A DNA stretch of 64,000 nucleotides from an uncultured Chlorobiaceae bacterium (GTDB taxonomy: Bacteria; Bacteroidota; Ignavibacteria; UBA10030; SZUA-254). Position 1 is the stretch's first letter. The number at the start of each line of letters is the position of its first letter. Below, in pieces: positions 47,053-56,571 of this stretch. Under the pieces are notes generated by a model. The model did not search any database and was not told the DNA's origin. It saw only the letters and a list, made by a program, of their open reading frames with translations. Location of the stretch: positions 209,505-273,504 of the forward strand of contig CAZFXS010000003.1 of NCBI GenBank assembly GCA_964523395.1, written 5' to 3'. Made by a program: the position numbers and the translations under genes.

Positions 47053-47715
47053 ATGAACGAATATTTTAGTCAAATATTTAAGTCGGTTTGGACAGTGTTG
47101 GTGGGTATGAAGATTACCTTTAAGCATCTCTTCACGCCAGCCGTTACGATTCAGTACCCTGACGTGAAGCTGAAATTGCCGGAGCGCGCACGTAACAGGC
47201 TTTATGTGAATATGGATGACTGCATCGGTTGTGATCAGTGCTCGATGGCTTGTCCTGTTTCCTGTATCTCAATTGAAACCGCGAAAGCCATGCCGACGGA
47301 AGACCTTGGTTTAACTTCAACAGGGCAGAAGAAACGGTTGTGGGTGACGCAATTCGATATTGACATCGCGAAATGCTGTTACTGTGGATTGTGCGTCTAT
47401 CCGTGCCCGACAGAATGTATCAAGATGACCGATGTGTATGAGTTTTCAGAATTCGAACGTACAAGTTTGATTTACAATTACGCGACTGTGACACAAGCTG
47501 AAGTTGTCAAGATTAAAGAAAATGTGGCAATTATGGAGAAAGAAGCTGCCGCGAAGAAAGCCGCCGCCGCGGCTGCCGCAGCAGCGGCGAAAGCGGCACA
47601 ACCGGCCGCAGGAACAGCTCCTGCGCCAAAGCCTGCAGCACCCGCACAGGCAACGCCTTCTGCAACCCCGGAAAAGCCGGCAACTGATTCCACACCACCC
47701 CCTGCAAAATCCTAA
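47053..47715 (+). CDS. nuoI: NADH-quinone oxidoreductase subunit I (2x[4Fe-4S]) with an unusual Ala/Pro-rich C-terminal tail.
   Basis: Two ferredoxin motifs: CIGCDQCSMACP and CCYCGLCVYPCP. The core of about 160 aa is followed by about 55 aa of low-complexity sequence: AAAKKAAAAAAAAAAKAAQPAAGTAPAPKPAAPAQATPSATPEKP... Confidence 0.85.
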   Translation: MNEYFSQIFKSVWTVLVGMKITFKHLFTPAVTIQYPDVKLKLPERARNRLYVNMDDCIGCDQCSMACPVSCISIETAKAMPTEDLGLTSTGQKKRLWVTQFDIDIAKCCYCGLCVYPCPTECIKMTDVYEFSEFERTSLIYNYATVTQAEVVKIKENVAIMEKEAAAKKAAAAAAAAAAKAAQPAAGTAPAPKPAAPAQATPSATPEKPATDSTPPPAKS

Positions 47716-47718
47716 AGC

Positions 47719-48234
47719 ATGAATCTCTACGATATCATATTCTACTTTTTTGCGGTTATCACATTGGTATCTGCCGGTATTGTTGTGTTTTCAAAGAACA
47801 TTATTTATTCGGCGTTTTCATTATTATTCACATTCTTCGGCGTCGCCGGATTGTACATACTTCTCAGCGCGGATTTTCTTGCCATCACACAGCTGCTGAT
47901 ATATGTCGGAGGCATTCTCGTCTTGTTATTATTTGGTGTCATGTTAACCAATAAAGTTATTGACGTAGAAATGAAAACCGGAACACTGCAGACTCTTCCG
48001 GCGTCGGTGCTTGTCGCTGTTGCGGCAGGAGCGTTGTGCGGTGTCTTTTATATTACCGACTGGAAGGTTGTTCGCGGTGTCACGGAAGTATCCGATACAA
48101 CAAATGTCATTGGCGAAATGCTGTTAACATCATACTTGCTTCCTTTTGAAATCGCATCGGTGGTATTGCTCGTCGCACTTGTTGGCGCGGCAATGATCGC
48201 GCGAAAAGAACAGGCGGTGACAAAGAATAAATGA
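47719..48234 (+). CDS. nuoJ: NADH-quinone oxidoreductase subunit J.
   Basis: 171 aa with 5 TM helices, in NuoJ position and size. Confidence 0.8.
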   Translation: MNLYDIIFYFFAVITLVSAGIVVFSKNIIYSAFSLLFTFFGVAGLYILLSADFLAITQLLIYVGGILVLLLFGVMLTNKVIDVEMKTGTLQTLPASVLVAVAAGALCGVFYITDWKVVRGVTEVSDTTNVIGEMLLTSYLLPFEIASVVLLVALVGAAMIARKEQAVTKNK

Positions 48235-48545
48235 CTATGGAAGTCGGCCTTTCACATTACTTAATCATCAGCGGAATATTGTTTTCACTTGGCGTTTTTA
48301 GCGTTCTTACAAGAAGAAATGCTATTCTTGTGTTAATGGGAATTGAATTGATGCTGAATTCGGCCAATATTAATTTTATCGCGTTCTCACGTTTCGGCGG
48401 AATGAATCTGGATGGACAGTTGATCTCCATTTTTGTCATCATTCTTGCGGCCGCCGAAGCTGCAATCGCACTGGCAATTGTTCTCAATATATATCAACGC
48501 TTCAATACCGTGAACGTTGACGAAATCAATTCTTTGAAGGAATAG
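48231..48545 (+). CDS. nuoK: NADH-quinone oxidoreductase subunit K.
   Basis: 104 aa with 3 TM helices and the conserved LNSANINF...AEAA motifs. Confidence 0.85.
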   Translation: MTMEVGLSHYLIISGILFSLGVFSVLTRRNAILVLMGIELMLNSANINFIAFSRFGGMNLDGQLISIFVIILAAAEAAIALAIVLNIYQRFNTVNVDEINSLKE

Positions 48546-48548
48546 TAC

Positions 48549-50792
48549 TTGACTCCTGATACCATACTGCAGTTTGCGCTGGCAATCCTTCTTCTTCCGC
48601 TGGTAAGCTTTACCGTGCTGGTGTTTATCGGTAAGCGCTTGCCGCGGCAAGGTGATTGGTTCGGTACGGGGCTTCTGTTTATTTGTCTAGCGCTTTCATT
48701 AATGGTGATGGTTAACGCGTTAGGGATGGAAGAACCTTCAGTTCTGAACTTCTCCTGGGTTGATTTTGGAAATCTTCCGGTCATTGGTCCGCTTCAGATT
48801 ACACTTGGTATAACTGTTGACCACCTTTCAGCTATCATGCTCGTTGTTGTCTGCCTGGTAAGTTCGCTGGTGCACCTGTTCTCAATGGCGTATATGCACG
48901 GCGATATCAGGTATCACCGGTACTTCGCTTACCTTGGGATTTTCACGTTCTCGATGCTGATTATTGTGCTCACCAACAATCTGTTCATGATGTATGTTGG
49001 CTGGGAATTGGTGGGATTGAGTTCCTACTTGCTGATCGGCCATTGGTATGAAAAAGCATCCGCATCGAATGCGGCGAAGAAAGCGTTTATTGTCAACCGT
49101 GTTGGCGATATCGGAATGTTCACCGGTATCATGATCCTTTATTACACCTTCAGAACATTCGGCTTTACGGAAATTTTCACTGCCATCGGTTCGGGCAATA
49201 TCCCGATGGGAAGTGAAGCGTGGCTTACTGCAGCCGGCATTTTGATTTTCTGCGGCGCGATTGGTAAGTCGGCGCAGTTCCCGTTGCATGTCTGGTTGCC
49301 GGATGCGATGGAAGGCCCGACCCCGGTCAGCGCTCTTATCCATGCCGCGACAATGGTTGCTGCCGGAGTTTACCTTGTTGCTCGCACCTTCCCGCTCATG
49401 ACAGCAGACGCGCTGGTTTTTATCGCCTATACAGGTGCAATTACCGCGTTTATTTCTGCAACGATTGCTATCGCGCAAAACGATATCAAAAAAGTTCTTG
49501 CCTATTCCACTATTTCCCAGCTTGGTTATATGGTAATGGGACTCGGCGTAGGGGCATACACTGCAGGATTTTTCCATCTTGTCACGCACGCAATGTTTAA
49601 AGCAGGATTGTTCCTTGGCTCCGGTTCAGTTATTCATGCCATGCACCATGCACTACACCATCAGCATGACCACCACACCGATCCGCAGGATATCCGCAAT
49701 ATGGGCGGATTGAAAAAGAAAATGCCAATTACGTTTGTGACGTTTCTGATATATACACTTGCCATCAGCGGCGTTCCGTTTACATCCGGGTTTTTAAGTA
49801 AGGATGAGATTCTTGCGGGAACACTCGCGTTCGGAAGTCTTACCGGACATTACATTATTCCGATCATCGGTTTTCTTGTTGCCGGCCTGACCGCATTCTA
49901 TATGTTTCGTCTCGTTATCCTTACGTTTTTCGGTGAACACAAAGACAATCACCGGTACGAGCATCTCCATGAATCTCCGGTGCAAATGACGATTCCTCTG
50001 ATTGTATTTGCAATCCTTAGTTTCTTCGCGTTTTATTCCTTTAATCCGTTTGGCGCTTCATCGGGATGGTTCTATCACGCCGTTGAACGGCCTGCGTCTG
50101 TAGTTCCCGCGACCGTTCAGGCATCCGGCATCGAAGTATTTGAAGAAGCTGTTCATCACGCGCATATCCCCGCGATGGCACTGTCATTATTGGTGGCGGG
50201 CATCGGTATCCTTATTGCTTTTGCCACATATCAATGGAAGAAGATCAGTGCTGACGCATGGGCGGAAAAAATGAGCGGCCTCTACAAATTTCTTCTCAAT
50301 AAATGGTACTTTGATGAATTGTACGAAGCGGTTATTGTCGGAGGAACAATGGCGCTGACCCGTATGTTACGCTGGTTTGATATGTATATTATCGATGGAC
50401 TGGTGAACGGAACGGCAAGCTGGACGAAAGCCGTGGTGTTTGGCTATACCGAACACTCAAAAGAGAAAGGTATTTCCTCTAAAGTATTCCTGGCTGTGGG
50501 ATTAGCGGTCTCGGTTCTTGTTGGCATTTGGACAGCTCAATGGATGTGGGCTGAACACAGCGGTTTCAGCTCTATTCTCATGTCTGTTCTTGCCGGTTTC
50601 CTCACGCTATTCTTTTTCTGGTCGGGTGCCGGCGGTTTCGATAAATATGTCGTTGACGGAATTGTGAACGGCGCGGCGTACGTTTCAGGTTTTTTTGGGA
50701 TTATCTTCAAAAAGTTTCAAACCGGAAGAGTGCAGACATATCTGGTGTTCGTGATACTGGGTGTCATTGTGCTGTTCTTCTGGTTCAAATAA
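48549..50792 (+). CDS. nuoL: NADH-quinone oxidoreductase subunit L (long form).
   Basis: 747 aa. It is an antiporter-like subunit with conserved WLPDAMEGPTPVSALIHAATMV and a long C-terminal region. Confidence 0.9.
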   Translation: MTPDTILQFALAILLLPLVSFTVLVFIGKRLPRQGDWFGTGLLFICLALSLMVMVNALGMEEPSVLNFSWVDFGNLPVIGPLQITLGITVDHLSAIMLVVVCLVSSLVHLFSMAYMHGDIRYHRYFAYLGIFTFSMLIIVLTNNLFMMYVGWELVGLSSYLLIGHWYEKASASNAAKKAFIVNRVGDIGMFTGIMILYYTFRTFGFTEIFTAIGSGNIPMGSEAWLTAAGILIFCGAIGKSAQFPLHVWLPDAMEGPTPVSALIHAATMVAAGVYLVARTFPLMTADALVFIAYTGAITAFISATIAIAQNDIKKVLAYSTISQLGYMVMGLGVGAYTAGFFHLVTHAMFKAGLFLGSGSVIHAMHHALHHQHDHHTDPQDIRNMGGLKKKMPITFVTFLIYTLAISGVPFTSGFLSKDEILAGTLAFGSLTGHYIIPIIGFLVAGLTAFYMFRLVILTFFGEHKDNHRYEHLHESPVQMTIPLIVFAILSFFAFYSFNPFGASSGWFYHAVERPASVVPATVQASGIEVFEEAVHHAHIPAMALSLLVAGIGILIAFATYQWKKISADAWAEKMSGLYKFLLNKWYFDELYEAVIVGGTMALTRMLRWFDMYIIDGLVNGTASWTKAVVFGYTEHSKEKGISSKVFLAVGLAVSVLVGIWTAQWMWAEHSGFSSILMSVLAGFLTLFFFWSGAGGFDKYVVDGIVNGAAYVSGFFGIIFKKFQTGRVQTYLVFVILGVIVLFFWFK

Positions 50793-50816
50793 AGTGTGCA
50801 TAAACTTAAAGGTTGA

Positions 50817-52421
50817 ATGACGATGGAATTCATTGGTCTTGGTATCTTAAGCTGGATAACATTTCTGCCTGTCGCGGGAATGATCCTTGTGCTTCTGCTC
50901 CCGAAGGAAAATAAAAATGCTGCTCGGTGGGCATCAGCAATCATCACGGGTATGCAGCTGATATTGGCTGTCGTAATTTATATGAAGTTCGACAGGTCAA
51001 TGGCAGGTGTCAATACGGAAGCAGGATTCCAGTTTATCGAGAAAGCGCGGTGGATTGATATCCCGGCGTTATCCTGGTTTGGCAGAATTCAAATTGATTA
51101 CTTCCTCGGCATCGACGGATTAAGCGTTCTTATGGTTATCCTGACCGCGCTGATTTCTTTTATCGCGGTGTTTTCTTCCTGGACAATTGAAAAATCGGTG
51201 AAAGGATATTTTGCCCTCCTGTTACTGCTTGATGCAGGAATGATGGGCGTCTTTGTTTCACTCGATTTCTTCCTTTTTTATATTTTCTGGGAAATCATGC
51301 TTCTGCCGATGTATTTCCTTATCGGCATCTGGGGCGGGCCGCGCAGAGAGTATGCGGCCATCAAATTCTTCCTCTATACACTTCTTGGCAGCGTGCTGAT
51401 GCTGCTGGCAATTATCGCGCTCTATTTCAGCGTTTCGATTGTTGATCCCGGGACAGGAGAAAGTGTTCATACTTTCAACATGGTTGCGATGATGAATCAG
51501 GCAAACTTCGCGCCTGATTCTATTCTTGGCGGACTCCATACGTCGTGGCGGTATCTTGCCTTTATCGCCCTCTTTATCGGGTTCGCGATTAAAGTTCCTA
51601 TTTTCCCGTTCCACACATGGCTGCCCGATGCTCACGTCGAAGCGCCGACAGCTATCAGCGTTATCCTTGCGGGCGTTCTGCTGAAGATGGGCACCTACGG
51701 AATTCTGAGGGTCTGTTATTCGATGTTCCCGGACGCGACGGTCTATTATCAGATTCCCATAGCGATTCTCGGCTTTATAAGTATTGTGTATGGTGCTCTT
51801 GTAGCTATGGCGCAGGAAGATTTTAAGAAACTTATCGCATACTCCAGTATCAGTCATATGGGTGTTGTCGTTCTCGGTATTGCCGCGCAGAACACGCAGG
51901 GCATTATCGGCGGTGTCATGCAGATGTTTAATCACGGTACGATTACCGCAATGCTCTTCTTGATTGTCGGTGTAATCTACGACCGCGCGCATACACGCGG
52001 GCTGAATGATTTCGGGGGTTTGATGAACCAAATGCCGAAATATTCCGGCGTTATGGTCGTCGCGTTCTTCGCCGCACTCGGGTTGCCGGGCTTAAGCGGA
52101 TTCATTAGCGAAGCGTTCTCGTTTATCGGCGCGTTTCAGGCATTTAAAGAAATCACCATCGCGGCAACAATCGGTATTGTGCTGACTGCGGCGTACATGC
52201 TCTGGACACTGCAAAGGTTATTCCTCGGCACGCTTCCGGAAAAATGGAAAACATTACCTGATATTAACGGACGCGAACTCTTTATGCTTGTGCCTCTCGC
52301 GATCATTGTCATTTTCCTTGGATTGTACCCGGCTCCAATGATCGACCTGATGTCATCTGCAGTCAATACGCTTGTTGATGTCGTCGGTAAAACCGGTGCA
52401 ATGGCAGTAACAGGTCAGTAA
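50817..52421 (+). CDS. nuoM: NADH-quinone oxidoreductase subunit M.
   Basis: 534 aa. It is an antiporter-like subunit with conserved FHTWLPDAHVEAPTAISVILAGVLLKMG. Confidence 0.9.
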   Translation: MTMEFIGLGILSWITFLPVAGMILVLLLPKENKNAARWASAIITGMQLILAVVIYMKFDRSMAGVNTEAGFQFIEKARWIDIPALSWFGRIQIDYFLGIDGLSVLMVILTALISFIAVFSSWTIEKSVKGYFALLLLLDAGMMGVFVSLDFFLFYIFWEIMLLPMYFLIGIWGGPRREYAAIKFFLYTLLGSVLMLLAIIALYFSVSIVDPGTGESVHTFNMVAMMNQANFAPDSILGGLHTSWRYLAFIALFIGFAIKVPIFPFHTWLPDAHVEAPTAISVILAGVLLKMGTYGILRVCYSMFPDATVYYQIPIAILGFISIVYGALVAMAQEDFKKLIAYSSISHMGVVVLGIAAQNTQGIIGGVMQMFNHGTITAMLFLIVGVIYDRAHTRGLNDFGGLMNQMPKYSGVMVVAFFAALGLPGLSGFISEAFSFIGAFQAFKEITIAATIGIVLTAAYMLWTLQRLFLGTLPEKWKTLPDINGRELFMLVPLAIIVIFLGLYPAPMIDLMSSAVNTLVDVVGKTGAMAVTGQ

Positions 52422-52438
52422 GAACCTTAGAATACTTC

Positions 52439-53935
52439 ATGCTGGAACAAATCATACATAGCGCGCTTCTTTTTAAACCTGAATCAGCTCTGACGGTTGC
52501 ATTTTGCGTTGTCCTTCTGGTTGGGATTATTGCAAAGAAAAACAATTCTTTGGTTGCGTATCTCTCGATCATCGGACTTGTCATCGCCGGATATTTTGTC
52601 GTAGAACAGTCAGGGATGGAATCAGCATCGCTGTTCAGCAACATGATGGCGGTGGATCCGTTCTCGGTTTTCTTTAAGGCCTTTGCGCTTGTCAGCACAG
52701 TGATGATTGTACTGTTCTCGCTGAACTCGAATGAGCTGAATACCGGGAAAAGAGTGTTGGGAGAGTATTACGCATTACTTCTGGCATTAACGCTCGGCAT
52801 GTTCCTGATGGCGGGCGCGACAAACCTGCTGATGATGTATCTTGCGCTGGAACTCACCAGTCTGAGTTCCTACATCCTCAGCGGGTTTACGAAAGAGGCC
52901 GAAGACTCCAGTGAAGCATCGTTAAAGTACGTTATTTACGGCGCGGTTTCTTCCGGTATGATGTTGTACGGAATTTCAATTCTCTACGGTCTGACCGGAT
53001 CTACGGATATCTACGGCGTCAACCGGGTGCTTGCGGGCGGGGAAGTGAACTCCATAACGCTGACCATTGCCGGCATTCTGATCATTGTCGGATTCGGATA
53101 CAAAATTTCAGCGGTGCCGTTCCACTTCTGGACGCCCGATGTGTACGAAGGCGCTCCGTTGACGATTACCGCGATTCTTTCCGTCGCGTCCAAAGCCGCC
53201 GGCTTCGCAATGATGATGCGTTTCTTCAAGATTACATTCTTCGATCCTTCGGTCGGGGGAGCGCTCGGATCTTGGATTTCAATTGAGGGATTTGACTGGA
53301 ACCATATCCTTGCAATTCTTTCCGTTATTACGATGACGGTTGGTAATCTTGTAGCTGTCTGGCAGAAGAATCTCAAGCGTCTTCTTGCATATTCCAGTAT
53401 TGCGCACGCCGGTTATATGCTGTTGGGTGTTGTCGTGCTGAGCAACGAAGGTATTGCCGCGGTGTTGATTTATCTTGTCGTCTATTTCTTCATGAACCTC
53501 GGTGCATTTTTCACCGTGATGCTGGTTGCCAACAAAACGGGAAGCGAGCATATCGACGCGTACAAAGGACTCGGATACCGCACGCCGCTGATTGGCGTTG
53601 CGATGACGATTTTCCTCCTGTCGCTCACCGGTATTCCTCCGACGGCAGGTTTTGTCGGCAAGCTGTATCTCTTTGCCGCGCTGATTAACGCAAAATGGTT
53701 CTGGCTCGCGATTGTCGCGGCGCTGAACAGCGTTATCTCGTTATATTATTATGTCAACATCCTCCGCAACATGTTCCTGAAGGAACCGGAAGGAGCTCAG
53801 GAGCCGATGAAATTCTCGCCAGCGCAGGTGATTATCCTCTTTATGTTTGTGATTCCCACGATTCTTTTCGGACTCTATTTCGGGCCGTTAGTAGAATACG
53901 CCCGTGCATCCATAGTGATGTTTGGGGCGAGATAG
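52439..53935 (+). CDS. nuoN: NADH-quinone oxidoreductase subunit N.
   Basis: 498 aa. It is an antiporter-like subunit with FHFWTPDVYEGAPLTITA, and is the last gene of the operon. Confidence 0.9.
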   Translation: MLEQIIHSALLFKPESALTVAFCVVLLVGIIAKKNNSLVAYLSIIGLVIAGYFVVEQSGMESASLFSNMMAVDPFSVFFKAFALVSTVMIVLFSLNSNELNTGKRVLGEYYALLLALTLGMFLMAGATNLLMMYLALELTSLSSYILSGFTKEAEDSSEASLKYVIYGAVSSGMMLYGISILYGLTGSTDIYGVNRVLAGGEVNSITLTIAGILIIVGFGYKISAVPFHFWTPDVYEGAPLTITAILSVASKAAGFAMMMRFFKITFFDPSVGGALGSWISIEGFDWNHILAILSVITMTVGNLVAVWQKNLKRLLAYSSIAHAGYMLLGVVVLSNEGIAAVLIYLVVYFFMNLGAFFTVMLVANKTGSEHIDAYKGLGYRTPLIGVAMTIFLLSLTGIPPTAGFVGKLYLFAALINAKWFWLAIVAALNSVISLYYYVNILRNMFLKEPEGAQEPMKFSPAQVIILFMFVIPTILFGLYFGPLVEYARASIVMFGAR

Positions 53936-53954
53936 CAAGTTTTTTCCTTGCTCT

Positions 53955-53994
53955 AAAAGCATTTCTCATTTGAGGGATGCTTTTTTTGTTTTAC
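53955..53994 (+). terminator. Weak rho-independent terminator after nuoN.
   Basis: An AT-rich 8-bp stem aaaagcat / atgctttt with a 14-nt loop, followed by tttgtttt. Confidence 0.4.
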
Positions 53995-54040
53995 AAATGT
54001 TGATGTTGTAAGAAAAATTTTGTAGTATTCCTACCGCCTT

Positions 54041-54769
54041 ATGCCGAAGAAAACTCAAACAGAAGAGAAATCCACCGTCACCCGTCCTAACCAAAAGGTC
54101 TTTATCCTTGTGGTAGAGGATGAACGCCATCTTGCAGATTCTGTTGCTCGGAGATTGCAGGAAGAAGGATACATGACGGATGTTTGTCATGATGGGGAAG
54201 AGGCATTTCAGCTTGCATCATCCAAGAAGTATCATCTTATCGTGCTTGACTTACTTCTTCCGAGAAAAGATGGTATGTCCATTCTCCGTGAGCTCCGGAG
54301 GAATAAAGTTCAAAGCATGATACTCATTGTAACAGCTAAGAGTACAGTGGAAGATCGTGTTGATGGCCTCCGCGCCGGCGCGGATGATTATCTTCTGAAA
54401 CCATTTGCCTTTGCTGAACTGCTTGCCCGCATCGAGTCGCTTCTCCGCCGCCAGGGCGTTGAACAGCAAACGATGATGCGAGTCGGCGACCTTGAGCTGG
54501 ATATCGAAACACGCAATGTCCGCCGGGCGGGCAAGGGTATCCATCTCACAGCGAAAGAATTTATGCTTCTCGAGCTTCTCATGCGGAACAAAAACCGCAT
54601 CCTGACCCGTCGTGCCATCGCCGAGCAGGTATGGGGATACACATTTGATACAGGTACAAATGTTGTCGACGTGTACGTGAATTACCTCCGCAAAGCCATC
54701 GACGATGGTTATACCAAACGCCTCATTCATACCGTCCGCGGTGTCGGCTTTATCCTGAAAGAAGAGTAA
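54041..54769 (+). CDS. OmpR-family two-component response regulator (REC plus winged helix).
   Basis: Receiver motifs ILVVEDE...DLLLPRKDG...LTAK. The C-terminal trans_reg_C includes RVGDLELD...LTAKEFMLLELL. Confidence 0.9.
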   Translation: MPKKTQTEEKSTVTRPNQKVFILVVEDERHLADSVARRLQEEGYMTDVCHDGEEAFQLASSKKYHLIVLDLLLPRKDGMSILRELRRNKVQSMILIVTAKSTVEDRVDGLRAGADDYLLKPFAFAELLARIESLLRRQGVEQQTMMRVGDLELDIETRNVRRAGKGIHLTAKEFMLLELLMRNKNRILTRRAIAEQVWGYTFDTGTNVVDVYVNYLRKAIDDGYTKRLIHTVRGVGFILKEE

Positions 54770-56158
54770 ATGTTCCGTTCCATCCGCTTCCGGCTTACCC
54801 TGTGGTATGTACTCACGGTAATGGCAACATTTGTGGTAATCGCCTGGGCAACCTACCAATATGTCAATGCGATGCTCATATCATCCCTCGATACCTCGGT
54901 GACAAATGAAGTGAAATGGATTACATCACGCCTGGAAAAACAAAGAGAAAGAAATGAAAGCAATGATGAAGTAAGGGAGGATATCAGGGACCACGCGTCG
55001 TATTTCCCACACAAGGAATTTATCGAGATCTGGGATTCGACAGGCCAGATATTTCATCAGTCGAGAAATTTATCGGGGGATACGCTTTTCTTTCTTCTTG
55101 AAAATATTGAAAATCATCGGTGGCTTCTGATCACATTGCAGGATTTTCGCGACCATCAGCTCCGTCTTGCCATGAGCAAAACCTCTTCGGCAACAATCCT
55201 GCTGGGTATCCCTATGGAATCAACAACAGAAGTCATGAGTCAATTATTCGATACCCTTGCATGGATGAGTCCGTTGGTAATGCTGATAGCTGTCGTCGGC
55301 GGAACTATCCTTGCGAAAAAATCGCTCGCAAAGGTCAACAAAGTTACTGAAACGGTCAAGCGGATAACAGTTGAACGCCTTCACGATCGTATTCCGGAGC
55401 CGGAAATTAATGATGAAATCGGCAACCTGATTTCGACATTCAATGCGATGATCTCCCGGCTCGACTCTTCCTTCGAACAAATGAAGCAGTTCTCTGCCGA
55501 TGCGTCGCACGAACTCCGGACACCGTTGACAGTCATACGTACGCAACTTGAATCTGCGCTCGACAGCAGGAGGTCGCCCGCAGAACTGAAAAAAATTGTC
55601 GCGCATTGTCTTGACGAAACCATCAGAATGAGCTCAACCATTGAAAATCTGCTGTTGCTGGCGAAATCAGACGCGGGGCAGGTGACCGTTCGTAATGATA
55701 AGGTGGTATTACAAAAGCTCATGGAAGAGATGTACGAGGAAAGCATTATTCTCGCTTCTGCCAAATCAATTACCGTTCAATTACAGAAAGCGGATCCGGC
55801 GACGATTTTGGGGGACGAACAACGGTTACGACAAATGCTGCTGAATCTTATCGATAATGCTATTAAGTACAGTCAATATAACGGAGCAATTAACCTTTCG
55901 CTTGTTAAAAATAACGGGAGGGCAACGATCACTGTCGCGGATAACGGCATTGGAATCCCTGCGGAAGAAGTCCCAAGAATTTTTGACCGATTTTACAGGG
56001 TCGATAGAGCTCGTTCCAGAGAAATGGGAGGGGCAGGACTTGGACTGTCCATTACCCGCTGGATTGTTCAGGCACACGGAGGAAATCTTACTGTTAAAAG
56101 CGAGGTAAATAAAGGTAGCGAATTTACTGTTGTGTTTCCTCTTGCCACTTCAACCTAA
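54770..56158 (+). CDS. Sensor histidine kinase (two N-terminal TM helices, HAMP, HisKA, HATPase_c).
   Basis: H-box FSADASHELRTPLTVI. N box NLIDNAIKYS. G boxes DNGIGIP and GGAGLGLSI. Its start abuts the response-regulator stop. Confidence 0.9.
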   Translation: MFRSIRFRLTLWYVLTVMATFVVIAWATYQYVNAMLISSLDTSVTNEVKWITSRLEKQRERNESNDEVREDIRDHASYFPHKEFIEIWDSTGQIFHQSRNLSGDTLFFLLENIENHRWLLITLQDFRDHQLRLAMSKTSSATILLGIPMESTTEVMSQLFDTLAWMSPLVMLIAVVGGTILAKKSLAKVNKVTETVKRITVERLHDRIPEPEINDEIGNLISTFNAMISRLDSSFEQMKQFSADASHELRTPLTVIRTQLESALDSRRSPAELKKIVAHCLDETIRMSSTIENLLLLAKSDAGQVTVRNDKVVLQKLMEEMYEESIILASAKSITVQLQKADPATILGDEQRLRQMLLNLIDNAIKYSQYNGAINLSLVKNNGRATITVADNGIGIPAEEVPRIFDRFYRVDRARSREMGGAGLGLSITRWIVQAHGGNLTVKSEVNKGSEFTVVFPLATST

Positions 56159-56571
56159 AGTATCCATTGCCAGGACTTCCCTATAGTCCTGATTTACTCC
56201 TTTTGCACCTTTCTTATAGACGCTATTTTCCCTCCGGCTGCTCAAAAATCCGTGTTGTGTATCACTCACCTCCTTTGTGAAATCAGGAAAAAAGTTTTTT
56301 GTTGTGATATACATCCTAATACAGAAAGCGTGTATTTCGGTGTTATATCAGGTAAAGTACAACCCTTCCCCATTGATAACTTGAGCACAGGGCATTACAT
56401 TAGTCCTGTTCATTCACGTCGTCTATCCTCATCATTGAAAAATCAAAGTCATTAGATAACCGTGGTCGCATTCTCGAGTACAGGCAGGGAATGTAAATTG
56501 TCATCGGATCAATTGTAATTCAATCTCACTAACTCACTTAATCATTAATAAATTATGGAGAAGGTATAATT

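Noticed and set aside
47540-47700. GCN-rich repetitive DNA as a simple-sequence repeat or mobile element
   Set aside because: It is in frame within nuoI and encodes the Ala/Pro-rich tail, so it is coding low complexity, not an intergenic repeat.
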